From: an uncultured virus (IMG/VR IMGVR_UViG_3300010160_000028)
Lineage: Duplodnaviria; Heunggongvirae; Uroviricota; Caudoviricetes
Length of the DNA: 58,443 nucleotides
IMG/VR virus record: IMGVR_UViG_3300010160_000028
Reading direction: 5' to 3' (one strand)
Both the position numbers and the translations under genes were made by a program. Shown in pieces: positions 43,423 to 52,704 of this stretch. The stretch's first letter is position 1; each line of letters starts with the position of its first letter. The notes beneath the pieces were generated by a model. It made no database searches. It was not told the DNA's origin and saw only the letters and a list, made by a program, of their open reading frames with translations.

Positions 43423-43674
43423 ATGAGCGATCGTGCCAAGAAAATAACTGAACTGACTTCGATTGGTACGGCTAATACGTCGATCGCGAGCGGAGATATC
43501 TTCATTGTCGAGGATATCTCCGCAAACACGACAGTATCTGCTACATTATCCACACTTCGTAAAGCTATCGTACAAGGCCCATATGCAAATAACACTGCCG
43601 CAAATACCGGCGGTGTTGCACTCGGTCAACTATACTATACTGCGGCAGGGGATGTGAAAGTAAGAAACGCCTAA
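43423..43674 (+). CDS. Putative small virion protein
   Basis: KITELT...; YANNTAA..GGV..G.LY fibre-like motif. Confidence 0.5.
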   Translation: MSDRAKKITELTSIGTANTSIASGDIFIVEDISANTTVSATLSTLRKAIVQGPYANNTAANTGGVALGQLYYTAAGDVKVRNA

Positions 43675-44063
43675 TGATTGAAAAACTTGATGATTCGAAT
43701 TTCTTGATATATGCTGCTAAGTGTTATGATAATCCACAATGTTTTGAGGATCTTGAATTCTACGAAGATCTTGCAAGATTTAAATATATTAAAAGATTAC
43801 TGAATCGCTATGAAGAATCCGGAGAATTAAAAGACAGATTGATTGTCAATCATCTTGTTGTTCTATATAATGTATTTGGTAACGAAGCTACAAGATTGAT
43901 ATTCTTTAAGTTAGAAGGCTATCATCATATGTTGAAGCCATTTATTATATTATTGGGAAGACTTCCGGAAAAGATATCGAATATCGGTGTCGATAATAAG
44001 ACTATTCTGACTGAAGATATTGTAATGGATGAGAAAATAGTACAGAAATTAAGGAAGATTTAA
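43674..44063 (+). CDS. Conserved T4-like hypothetical protein
   Basis: YAAK.YDNP...EF.EDL.RFKYIKRL...LI.NH....YNVFG. Confidence 0.7.
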   Translation: MIEKLDDSNFLIYAAKCYDNPQCFEDLEFYEDLARFKYIKRLLNRYEESGELKDRLIVNHLVVLYNVFGNEATRLIFFKLEGYHHMLKPFIILLGRLPEKISNIGVDNKTILTEDIVMDEKIVQKLRKI

Positions 44064-44533
44064 TGGCCAATAAAGAAAAGCAAGAGTATGACTACGAAGG
44101 CGATATGGCCATGTCACAACTCAAGTCTATCCTTGCTAACGCTCAGCGTATGCATGATATGCTCGAAGTAGACACAAATCTTCCTGAATGGGTTCAATCA
44201 AAGATCACACTTGCCGAAGATTATATCACTACTGCTGCAAACTATATGCAAGGCGAGATGAGCGAAGACGTAGTTCGAGTAGGAACTCTTGCTCAACGCA
44301 CTCAAGCTTATCGTGCAGATAAGGCAAAGAAAGCTGGCACCAATCTAAAGATGGATCCAGATACTGGAACACCAGATCACTTCACTGCTGCAATGCGCCG
44401 CAAAAAAGGTTTACCTGAAGAAGTAGCAACCAATTCGGTAGGTGCTGGCAATGTAGCGGGTTTGCAAGGCGAACCGCCAGTAAATAAGAAAAAGAAAAAC
44501 GTCATGTCTTTCAATCGATTTATGAAAAAATAA
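44063..44533 (+). CDS. Conserved late hypothetical protein
   Basis: DYEG.MA.SQL...LPEWVQSKIT.A.DY; EE..TN..G.G.VAG. Confidence 0.65.
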   Translation: MANKEKQEYDYEGDMAMSQLKSILANAQRMHDMLEVDTNLPEWVQSKITLAEDYITTAANYMQGEMSEDVVRVGTLAQRTQAYRADKAKKAGTNLKMDPDTGTPDHFTAAMRRKKGLPEEVATNSVGAGNVAGLQGEPPVNKKKKNVMSFNRFMKK

Positions 44534-44534
44534 T

Positions 44535-45050
44535 ATGTTAGGCATGATTCCTCTTCCGTATAAGCTACTTGCTATTGGAGCATTGCTCATTGGAGTATTC
44601 TTTTACGGGTATATGAAAGGATCTGCTTATGCTGAAGCTGAATTGGCAAGGTTTGCTGCCAAAGCAAGTGAACAAGTTGCGGAATTGGAGAGGAAGAATT
44701 CTGCAATTTCTACTGAGGTAGTCACTGAATATGTTGATCGTACAAACACAATTAGAGAGAAAGAATATGTATATCTTGATGCCGCTAAAAACTCTGTTCC
44801 TAGTCAGTCTGTTATGTCTAACGGCTGGGTGTTCACGCACGACATTAGTGCCAGTGCCGGTGATGCCGACGCCGCCAGAAGTTCTGATGCGTCCCCCTCA
44901 GCAGTTAAAGACACTGATGCCCTCATCGGAATCATCAGAAACTACGCCATCTGCCAATCAAACTCGGTCCAACTCGTCGAACTCCAACGCTGGATAAGTG
45001 AGAATAAAATGGCCGTTGATGCCATGGCAAAAGAGAATAAAAAGAAATGA
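44535..45050 (+). CDS. Inner-membrane spanin (Rz-like)
   Basis: N-terminal TM, coiled coil, NY..C.....QL..LQ.W C-terminus; hosts an embedded lipoprotein ORF. Confidence 0.75.
   Translation: MLGMIPLPYKLLAIGALLIGVFFYGYMKGSAYAEAELARFAAKASEQVAELERKNSAISTEVVTEYVDRTNTIREKEYVYLDAAKNSVPSQSVMSNGWVFTHDISASAGDADAARSSDASPSAVKDTDALIGIIRNYAICQSNSVQLVELQRWISENKMAVDAMAKENKKK
44767..44997 (+). CDS. Outer-membrane spanin lipoprotein (Rz1-like), embedded in +1 frame
   Basis: Lipobox LTAG-C followed by Pro-rich PVPVMPTPPEVLMRPP (alternative ATG at 44779). Confidence 0.75.
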   Translation: MYILMPLKTLFLVSLLCLTAGCSRTTLVPVPVMPTPPEVLMRPPQQLKTLMPSSESSETTPSANQTRSNSSNSNAG

Positions 45051-45262
45051 AAAAGTTTAAAGACGCTCCAGTAGAAGACGATTCGAATGACAGTGTCATT
45101 ACGATCATTGCTAACTCTCTCAATAGAGCGAGTAGTGGTAATAAAGATGATACGCGTGGTCTACTCTTGTTGATCGCTGCTCTTGGACTTCTTAATCTTT
45201 CAAAAGACGGGCTTCCTGCAAGTGTCGCAAGAAAGCTCGCATCAACATCAAACAGAAAATAA
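45047..45262 (+). CDS. Hypothetical protein
   Basis: ATGA coupling; one hydrophobic segment. Confidence 0.55.
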   Translation: MKKFKDAPVEDDSNDSVITIIANSLNRASSGNKDDTRGLLLLIAALGLLNLSKDGLPASVARKLASTSNRK

Positions 45263-45273
45263 CGGAGATTCTT

Positions 45274-45468
45274 ATGTGGAATAAAATTAAAAGCTTGATC
45301 GCTTGGTTTACGAAAACAGCAGATCTGAATAAAGATGGCAAAATCACAGCGGAAGATCTTGAGCTTGCAAAAGCGGTTGCTGATAAGACGGCCAAAGAAG
45401 CAAACGAAGTTATCAATGCTGTGAGCGATGCTGCTGACAAAATTAAGAAAGTTAGAAAAAAGAAATGA
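45274..45468 (+). CDS. Small protein with EF-hand-like loop
   Basis: DLNKDGKITAED; GGAG RBS. Confidence 0.6.
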   Translation: MWNKIKSLIAWFTKTADLNKDGKITAEDLELAKAVADKTAKEANEVINAVSDAADKIKKVRKKK

Positions 45469-45914
45469 GCTTAATGTCATTTTTCTCGTCACCACCAATT
45501 ACGAGCTTCGAACAACTTGAGCTAGAAAAAGGTAAGATTCAGCTGACTATCATGAAGATGGTAACGCTCGTCTTATCATCTATTATGTTAGCAGTTGTCG
45601 GTATCTTCCTGATTGGCCTCTTTTTGCCAAATGAAATGATCGATAATAACGAGATCTTTAAGATTATTGGTCCAGCATTCTCAATGATCATCGGCGCCTT
45701 TGTCGGTGCTTTTGCTACAATGATGGGCATGAAAGTAGCCGAGTTTGATCCAAATGTCAAGACACAAGAGCTCGGTAAGACTGATCATAAGGTTCTTGCA
45801 GAAGCTCATGTGATTAACGCACAAGCCGAATCGATTGAAACCGAAAATGAAATTAAGATGATGGCTGCTATCGATAAATACAAAGACAGCGACGAGGATT
45901 TTGGTCCTTTCTAA
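45465..45914 (+). CDS. Two-TM membrane protein
   Basis: Two hydrophobic helices flanking IDNNEIFKIIGPAF. Confidence 0.65.
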   Translation: MSLMSFFSSPPITSFEQLELEKGKIQLTIMKMVTLVLSSIMLAVVGIFLIGLFLPNEMIDNNEIFKIIGPAFSMIIGAFVGAFATMMGMKVAEFDPNVKTQELGKTDHKVLAEAHVINAQAESIETENEIKMMAAIDKYKDSDEDFGPF

Positions 45915-45948
45915 ATTATGATTTCGTTAACCTAACGGAGTCGAAGAA

Positions 45949-46188
45949 ATGTTTAAAAAAATAAAAGATCTCATTTTTCAGACATTCACTGGAAAAGATA
46001 ATAAGACACTTGATCTTGGTAGAATTCTGTGGGCCAAAGGAGTAATCATCTTCTTTGGTCTGTCGATCTATGACATCTATCGCGGAGCAACATTCGATGC
46101 ATCAACATGGGGTATCGGTCTTGGTGCAGTACTTGCCGCCGGCGGTGCAGCTCTTGCACTTAAAGCTAGCACAGAACCAACAGAATAA
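45949..46188 (+). CDS. Holin-like two-TM protein
   Basis: 79 aa, two TMs, basic N-terminus, near the spanins; SD sequestered in a hairpin. Confidence 0.5.
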   Translation: MFKKIKDLIFQTFTGKDNKTLDLGRILWAKGVIIFFGLSIYDIYRGATFDASTWGIGLGAVLAAGGAALALKASTEPTE

Positions 46189-46670
46189 TGGCAACTCCAA
46201 ACGTCAACAAGCTAGTTGAAGATGTATCGTATCTGAGTAGAGATATGGCAGTCGTCAATACGCTTGTTGGCCGTTTGGATACCACCATTGATAAGCTGAC
46301 TGATATTTCAAGCATCGTATCAAATCTTCTTGCTGTTCACGAAACTAAGCTAACTTCTCAAGAAATTATAAGTAAACAACTATCAGATTTAGTGGAAGCG
46401 CGTAGAGTGGAAACAGACGATAAGATTCAAATCTTACATGAGCGCATCTCTTCTGGTGAACGCGAGTTGAAAGATAATATCGATGATCAGTACGATGAAT
46501 TGATGAAAGAAATTAAAGAGATGAGAGCAGAGTCGACTATTCAGCATAATACTCTGAGTGATCGCATCACTACTATGGAAAAATGGATGTGGGCAGTCAT
46601 CGGTGGTTCTGCTATTGTGGGTGGCATTATAACTCTCGTTCCGTGGGCATCTATATTTAATATAGGCTAA
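46188..46670 (+). CDS. Coiled-coil protein with C-terminal TM anchor
   Basis: LD..I.KL...LAVHE..., RI..MEKW.W...GG plus TM. Confidence 0.6.
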   Translation: MATPNVNKLVEDVSYLSRDMAVVNTLVGRLDTTIDKLTDISSIVSNLLAVHETKLTSQEIISKQLSDLVEARRVETDDKIQILHERISSGERELKDNIDDQYDELMKEIKEMRAESTIQHNTLSDRITTMEKWMWAVIGGSAIVGGIITLVPWASIFNIG

Positions 46671-46738
46671 TTTAGCTAAAATAAACATGTACAATAATGA
46701 CAATCTGTGTATAATGAAGTTAACAGATTGGAGTTGTT

Positions 46739-47758
46739 ATGCTTTGGATAGAACACAAATACATTAGTCTTCTCTCAGGAAGATTAGAAAGATTTCAGAG
46801 AATCAATAGCAATGTCTATCGGTTCCGTTGCCCGATCTGCGGCGACTCTCAAAAGGATCGTCGTAAGTCTCGTGGGCATCTTCTCGAAAGAGGAGGTAAG
46901 ATTCGCTTTTATTGTCATAACTGTAGCGCGAGCATGCAGTTTAAGTATTTCATGAAAGAGATCGATCCGACTCTCTATCTCGAATATGTCAAAGAACAGA
47001 TCAAAGAATCCGGTAATCAAAAAGACGTCGAGACTTTTGCAGAGAAGATGAAACCTCCAGTCTTTGTCAAGACCACGGCTCTCTCGAAACTCAAGAAAGT
47101 AAGTCAGTTAGATCCTGACCATCCTGTTAAAAAATACATTAACAGTCGACAGATTCCATCCCATCTACATTACAAGTTATTCTATGCTCCAAAATTTGGC
47201 GCGTGGGTAAATAGTATGCTTCCTGATAAAATGAAGATCGGTGAGAAAGACGAACCTCGTCTGATCATACCATTCCTTGATCAAGAAAAGAATCTCTTCG
47301 GTTTTCAAGGCAGATCGTTTCGAAAAGATGGTGTTCGATATATTACGATCATGCTCGACGAAAGCAAACCAAAAGTATTTGGACTCGATACGATCGATGA
47401 GTCCAAAGATATATATCTATTAGAGGGACCGATCGATTCGATGTTCTTGCCGAATGCCATGGCGGCGGCTGGTGGAGATCTTTCTGCACAAATCGAACAA
47501 ACCGGTTTACTTAAAGAGAAAATTGTGGTAGTATTTGATAATGAGCCAAGACATTCAGATACAATCAAAAGAATGCAGAAGGCCATTGATGCTGGTTATC
47601 GTGTAGTCATATGGCCATCAGACATCCAACATAAAGATGTCAATGATATGATTTTAGCTGGCTACACGTCAGAATATATTAAGGGTGTTTTAGATGAATG
47701 TAATTACTCAGGACCAACTGCAAAACTACATTTCGCGATATGGCGAAAAGACCGTTGA
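46739..47758 (+). CDS. 61: DNA primase, T4 gp61-like
   Basis: RCPICGDS...CHNC zinc finger, EGPIDS, FDNEPR, KDVNDM; promoter TGTACA(46688)-N16-TATAAT. Confidence 0.95.
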   Translation: MLWIEHKYISLLSGRLERFQRINSNVYRFRCPICGDSQKDRRKSRGHLLERGGKIRFYCHNCSASMQFKYFMKEIDPTLYLEYVKEQIKESGNQKDVETFAEKMKPPVFVKTTALSKLKKVSQLDPDHPVKKYINSRQIPSHLHYKLFYAPKFGAWVNSMLPDKMKIGEKDEPRLIIPFLDQEKNLFGFQGRSFRKDGVRYITIMLDESKPKVFGLDTIDESKDIYLLEGPIDSMFLPNAMAAAGGDLSAQIEQTGLLKEKIVVVFDNEPRHSDTIKRMQKAIDAGYRVVIWPSDIQHKDVNDMILAGYTSEYIKGVLDECNYSGPTAKLHFAIWRKDR

Positions 47759-47972
47759 GGCTATACAGAATCTTCCAGAGCAAATGCTTACATGGGTAGT
47801 TTATAATGCTAACATGGTTCAGACTGCCGTAGAACTAATCATCGATCTTCGTGGTGAAGATTTCTATTATGATTATGTTCAGGTGATGTCATGTGAACAA
47901 GGCGAAGATAACTGGGGTCCTTTGTATTTTGATCCTCACGTATTTAAACTATTAGGAAACGGATATGACTGA
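47694..47972 (+). CDS. Hypothetical protein (start uncertain)
   Basis: Fills the gap between primase and the next ORF. Confidence 0.4.
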   Translation: MNVITQDQLQNYISRYGEKTVEAIQNLPEQMLTWVVYNANMVQTAVELIIDLRGEDFYYDYVQVMSCEQGEDNWGPLYFDPHVFKLLGNGYD

Positions 47973-48237
47973 GTTAGTAGATAACGAGTTTGGAGTCGAG
48001 TACGAGCAGATCTCTATTCGGAAGCTTCGAATCTTTCGAGTTGGAAAGCAATGGCTTGTCGAGTATCAACGCGCTGCTCGATTGTGGGCTCCATGGGATT
48101 ACTTCTGGTGGTACAATGATGGTCAGTACGTCGAGTACTACGATGCTCTTGGTAGAGTCAATGATCTGAAGGCGAATGGATATATAAATCTTCCACAGTT
48201 CCAAAAGGTGAAAACGTTCGATGTCTCATCTGAGTGA
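47965..48237 (+). CDS. Hypothetical protein
   Basis: AGGA RBS; overlapping operon ORF. Confidence 0.6.
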   Translation: MTELVDNEFGVEYEQISIRKLRIFRVGKQWLVEYQRAARLWAPWDYFWWYNDGQYVEYYDALGRVNDLKANGYINLPQFQKVKTFDVSSE

Positions 48238-48367
48238 TAATAACATAAGTTATTTTAAGCACATGTTGAGATCATGGCGCTGGGGAGCAATACTGTTTAT
48301 TCATGGTTTATTTCCAAACGTATTCAAGACAAAAGTAAGTGATGAAATGTGTAATCATAAGGATTAA
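48221..48367 (+). CDS. Small protein, DUF6356-like (48 aa, not in ORF track)
   Basis: HL....SYF.H......IHG.FP..F pattern; AGGTG RBS. Confidence 0.5.
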   Translation: MSHLSDNNISYFKHMLRSWRWGAILFIHGLFPNVFKTKVSDEMCNHKD

Positions 48368-48503
48368 TAATGCGTGAACCAATCGCGAAGATAGATGAAT
48401 ATGAAATGAAAACGGCGAGTGGCAATATTTGGATTGTTACTCTTCTTGGTGATAAAGCCACGAATGGTAAGCGGTATTGTGAAGCACACATAAAGGGTAA
48501 AAA

Positions 48504-49202
48504 ATGAGTGAAGTAAATTTAATCGGTCTGACGAAACCGAGTGCCTATACAGAATGTAATACAGCAAATGAATTGGTTGCATGGGCAGCAAGAGTATCCA
48601 ACCCATCGAATCAAAATAACGCAGCAACAGCACCGAAACTGGTTCAATATCTTATTCGCAATCAACACTGGTCACCACTGGAGATGGTACATGTATCAAT
48701 GGAAATTAAAACAACTCGTGACATCGCTCGGCAAATACTTCGCCATCGATCCTTTTCCTTCCAAGAATTTTCACAGAGATATGCAGACCCGACTCAAGAA
48801 CTTGGACTCGGCACTCGAGAAGCACGACTACAAGACGCCAAGAATCGACAGAACTCAATTGAAGTAGATGATAAAACAGTTAATACTGAATGGGAACATA
48901 TACAGCGCCGTATGATCTATCATGCAAAGAAAGAGTATAACACTGCAATTAAACTTGGCATGGCAAAAGAACAAGCACGAGCATTGCTTCCAGAAGGATT
49001 GACAGAATCGACTATCATCATGGCTGGTTCGCTCCGTTCATGGGTGCATTACTGCCAGTTGCGTATGGATCGTGCGACTCAGAAAGAACATCGCATTGTT
49101 GCCGAGCAATGCTGGGAAATAATTTGTCAGCACTTTCCTGATGTGAAAGCTGCTTTGGATAGTATGGCTGCACAAGCAGAGTTTGAGAGGAAGTTACCAT
49201 GA
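48504..49202 (+). CDS. thyX: Flavin-dependent thymidylate synthase
   Basis: HWSPLE and RQILRHRSFSFQEFSQRY (RHRx7S), KEQAR..LP. Confidence 0.95.
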   Translation: MSEVNLIGLTKPSAYTECNTANELVAWAARVSNPSNQNNAATAPKLVQYLIRNQHWSPLEMVHVSMEIKTTRDIARQILRHRSFSFQEFSQRYADPTQELGLGTREARLQDAKNRQNSIEVDDKTVNTEWEHIQRRMIYHAKKEYNTAIKLGMAKEQARALLPEGLTESTIIMAGSLRSWVHYCQLRMDRATQKEHRIVAEQCWEIICQHFPDVKAALDSMAAQAEFERKLP

Positions 49203-49378
49203 AACATAGTACCGTAGTAAAAGAAACTGAAGATGGTGAGTTATATATAGAACTACCATATGAACTCTTAAAGACATTACATTGGGGCGAAGACACAGAA
49301 TTAGTGTGGTCGTATGGAGAAACTAACTCTTGGATCCTTAAAAAGAAAGAAAATGATGATACTTGTAACGAAACGTGA
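49199..49378 (+). CDS. Small AbrB/MazE-like protein (59 aa, not in ORF track)
   Basis: DGELYIELP.ELL..L.W.EDTEL.W pattern; GAGG RBS; ATGA coupling. Confidence 0.55.
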   Translation: MKHSTVVKETEDGELYIELPYELLKTLHWGEDTELVWSYGETNSWILKKKENDDTCNET

Positions 49379-51623
49379 TGGATCAAAAGAAGCTTTAAAT
49401 ATTAATAAGTTCCATAAAGTAGCGCTGCATGCGTGTGAAGGTTTAAGCGGCGTTTCTGTTTCAGATCTTGAAATCAAAACTCATATTCAATTTTATGATA
49501 AGATTAAGTCTTCTGATATTCAAGAGACTCTGATCAAGGCAGCTGCTGAACTCATTACAGAAGACGAACCGAACTATCAGTATGTTGCTGGTCGTCTGAT
49601 CAACTATAATCTTCGTAAACAAGTATATGGGCAGTATGAGCCTATCTCTTTATGTCAACATTTTGCTAATGTAGTCGAAGAAGGCTATTATGATGAATCA
49701 TTGGCTGATGTATATGACGATGCAGAGTGGTTTGAATTAGCAGAATACATCGACCACGACCGTGATAACCTGCTAACCTATGCTGCCATGGAACAGTTCC
49801 GCGGTAAGTATCTGATCCGCAACCGTGTCACCAACAAATTCTACGAAACGCCTCAGATGGCATTCATGTTGATTGCCATGACTCTCTTCCAAAATTACAA
49901 AACAGATCGAATGAAATGGGTAAAGGACCTTTATGATGCTATCAGTAAATTTGACATTAGTCTTCCTACTCCTATTATGGCAGGAGTGCGCTCACCTCAA
50001 CATCAGTTTAGTTCGTGCGTACTTATCGAAACTGACGACTCACTGGATTCCATAAATGCAACAGCTTCTGCGATTGTTAAGTACGTTTCACAAAAGGCCG
50101 GAATTGGTATTGGCGGCGGTTCTATTAGGGCTATTGGATCTCCTATACGTAATGGTGATGCTTCTCACACTGGTGTTATTCCTTTTTATAAGCATTTCCA
50201 ATCGGCTGTTAAATCTTGTAGCCAAGGTGGTGTCCGCGGTGGAGCAGCGACTCTCTATTACCCCCTTTGGCATTACGAAGTTGAAGATATTCTTGTCCTA
50301 AAGAATAACAAGGGCACAGAAGACAATCGAATTCGTCATCTTGATTATGGCGTACAATTTAACAAGGTAATGTATGAAAGACTTTTATCTGGAGGTAATA
50401 TCACCCTCTTCTCGCCTAGTGATGTCCCGGACCTCTATGAAGCCTTTTATAAAAGCACTGAAGACTTTAAAGAACTCTATGAAAAGTACGAACGTAGTAA
50501 GGTTAGAAAGAAAACCATCTCTGCGATTGATCTCTTCTCAACCTTCGTTACCGAGCGAAAAGATACCGGACGAATCTATCTGATGAACGTCGACCATTGC
50601 AATGAGCATGGTTCGTTTACTCAAGCAGCACCAATTAAGATGAGCAATCTTTGTTGTGAGATTACATTACCAACTACACCATTAAAGGATATTCACGATG
50701 AGTCAGGCGAAATCAGCCTTTGCACGCTTGCAGCAATCAATTGGGGAAAGATTAAGAAACCAGCAGATTTCGAAAAGCCATGCACCCTTGCAGTACGCGC
50801 TTTGGATGCCTTACTGGATTATCAGGACTATCCTGTTCGAGCCGCTGCTATTGGTACTCGGAATCGCCGGCCTTTGGGTATTGGCATCATTAATTTTGCT
50901 TATTGGTTGGCTCGCAACGACACTAATTATTCTCATCCAAACCTTGATCTGGTCCATGAGTATGCTGAAGCATGGAGTTACTATCTTATTAAAGCCTCTG
51001 TCGATCTTGCTGAAGAAGTAGGTTCTTGCCCTCTTGATCATCAAACAAAGTATGCGTATGGTACTATGCCAATCGATACATATAAGAAAGAAGTTGATGA
51101 ACTTGTAGAGCCAAACTATAAGATGCCATGGAGTATACTTGCAAGTCGAGCATTATCATCTGGTATTCGTAACTCGACTCTGATGGCTCTCATGCCAGCC
51201 GAGACTTCTGCTCAGATCAGTAACTCAACCAACGGTATTGAACCACCACGTGCACTCATCTCGATCAAGCAATCAAAAGATGGTGTACTCAAGCAAGTTG
51301 TTCCTGAGTTAAAAAGATTAAAGAATAAATATGAGTTACTATGGGATCAAAAGTCTCCAGAAGGTTATCTGAAGATTATGGCAGTCCTACAGAAATTTAT
51401 CGATCAAGCAATCTCAGTCAATACTTCTTATAATCCTCGTCATTACGAAGATGAAAAGATTCCAATGTCTGAGATGATCAAACATATTCTGATGCACTAC
51501 AAGTATGGCGGTAAGACACTCTACTACTTCAACACCTTTGACGGAGCTGGTGAGATGGAAGAACTTAAACCACTCGCACAAGGTCAACTCGAAGACGAGG
51601 ATTGTGATTCTTGTAAAATATGA
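49353..51623 (+). CDS. nrdA: Class Ia ribonucleotide reductase alpha subunit
   Basis: ATP cone VTKRDG, FSSC, SNLCCEI, MPAETS, C-terminal CDSC. Confidence 0.97.
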   Translation: MMILVTKRDGSKEALNINKFHKVALHACEGLSGVSVSDLEIKTHIQFYDKIKSSDIQETLIKAAAELITEDEPNYQYVAGRLINYNLRKQVYGQYEPISLCQHFANVVEEGYYDESLADVYDDAEWFELAEYIDHDRDNLLTYAAMEQFRGKYLIRNRVTNKFYETPQMAFMLIAMTLFQNYKTDRMKWVKDLYDAISKFDISLPTPIMAGVRSPQHQFSSCVLIETDDSLDSINATASAIVKYVSQKAGIGIGGGSIRAIGSPIRNGDASHTGVIPFYKHFQSAVKSCSQGGVRGGAATLYYPLWHYEVEDILVLKNNKGTEDNRIRHLDYGVQFNKVMYERLLSGGNITLFSPSDVPDLYEAFYKSTEDFKELYEKYERSKVRKKTISAIDLFSTFVTERKDTGRIYLMNVDHCNEHGSFTQAAPIKMSNLCCEITLPTTPLKDIHDESGEISLCTLAAINWGKIKKPADFEKPCTLAVRALDALLDYQDYPVRAAAIGTRNRRPLGIGIINFAYWLARNDTNYSHPNLDLVHEYAEAWSYYLIKASVDLAEEVGSCPLDHQTKYAYGTMPIDTYKKEVDELVEPNYKMPWSILASRALSSGIRNSTLMALMPAETSAQISNSTNGIEPPRALISIKQSKDGVLKQVVPELKRLKNKYELLWDQKSPEGYLKIMAVLQKFIDQAISVNTSYNPRHYEDEKIPMSEMIKHILMHYKYGGKTLYYFNTFDGAGEMEELKPLAQGQLEDEDCDSCKI

Positions 51624-52396
51624 AATATAAAACTATCTTCATTAGTGATGTTCACTTAGGAACAAAAGATTGCAAAGCCGATCTTTTGAATAACTTTCTT
51701 AAGCACAACACGTGTGATACTTTATATTTGGTTGGTGATATCATTGATGCATGGAAAATACAACAAAATCGTTTAAAATGGAAACAGTCACATACCAATG
51801 TAGTCAGAAGAATTTTAGGATTTGCTAAACACGGTACTCGTGTAGTCTATGTTGCCGGCAATCACGATGAATTTCTTCGCCCGATGATTCCGTATGGTGT
51901 AAGTTTTGGTAAGATTGAAATATGTAATCAGATATGCCATGAAGGTGTTGATGGTAAAAAATACATGGTTGTTCATGGTGATCTTTTTGATGGCATTACT
52001 CGTCTTGCACCTTGGTTAAGTTTTCTTGGCGACAGAGCATATGATTTTGTACTTAATTTAAATAGTCGGTTTAATTGGATTCGCCATAGACTTGGATTTG
52101 GCTATTGGTCTCTAAGTAAGTGGTTAAAGTATAAAGTCAAGAGAGCCATCGACTTTATGTTTCAGTTTGAAAAAAATGTTACTGCATATGCTAAAAGAAA
52201 AGGATATGATGGAGTAATTTGCGGTCATATACACAATGCAGAAATCAAAGATATCGATGGCAGCATGTATATGAACGATGGCGATTGGGTAGAATCATGT
52301 ACTGCACTTGTCGAACATCGAGATGGCAGGTGGGAAATCGTAACATGGCAGGAAATTAAAAATGAAAATAAAAAAATTAATTTTAAAAATGTATGA
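51620..52396 (+). CDS. Metallophosphoesterase, UDP-2,3-diacylglucosamine hydrolase (LpxH-like) family
   Basis: SDVHLG, GDIID, GNHDE, HGD, GHIH and NDGDWVES. Confidence 0.85.
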   Translation: MKYKTIFISDVHLGTKDCKADLLNNFLKHNTCDTLYLVGDIIDAWKIQQNRLKWKQSHTNVVRRILGFAKHGTRVVYVAGNHDEFLRPMIPYGVSFGKIEICNQICHEGVDGKKYMVVHGDLFDGITRLAPWLSFLGDRAYDFVLNLNSRFNWIRHRLGFGYWSLSKWLKYKVKRAIDFMFQFEKNVTAYAKRKGYDGVICGHIHNAEIKDIDGSMYMNDGDWVESCTALVEHRDGRWEIVTWQEIKNENKKINFKNV

Positions 52397-52515
52397 AGCG
52401 ATACTCAAAAAAGATACTCAAACTGAAAAGAAACTTTGGTTTCAAGCTTTAAAAAAATCGCTTAAACATAAAAAAACTCATACTATAAAATAAAGTGGTG
52501 TACAGAAAGTAGCAA

Positions 52516-52704
52516 ATGCAGTATATTAAAATAGATAACGATATGTGGGACGATCTTAGCAAAATTTGGTTTGTTCATAAGCATGAAACAAATCCAAACT
52601 CGACTGCTGTAAAACTTACGATTGAAGACACCAAAACAGGTGAAATTCAAACGCGAACTGTTCCTCAAAACCAAATTGAGTGGCTCGAACCGAAGGACTT
52701 TTAA
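52516..52704 (+). CDS. Hypothetical protein (start may be 52543)
   Basis: Promoter TGTACA(52499)-N17-TATATT overlaps the first ATG. Confidence 0.5.
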   Translation: MQYIKIDNDMWDDLSKIWFVHKHETNPNSTAVKLTIEDTKTGEIQTRTVPQNQIEWLEPKDF

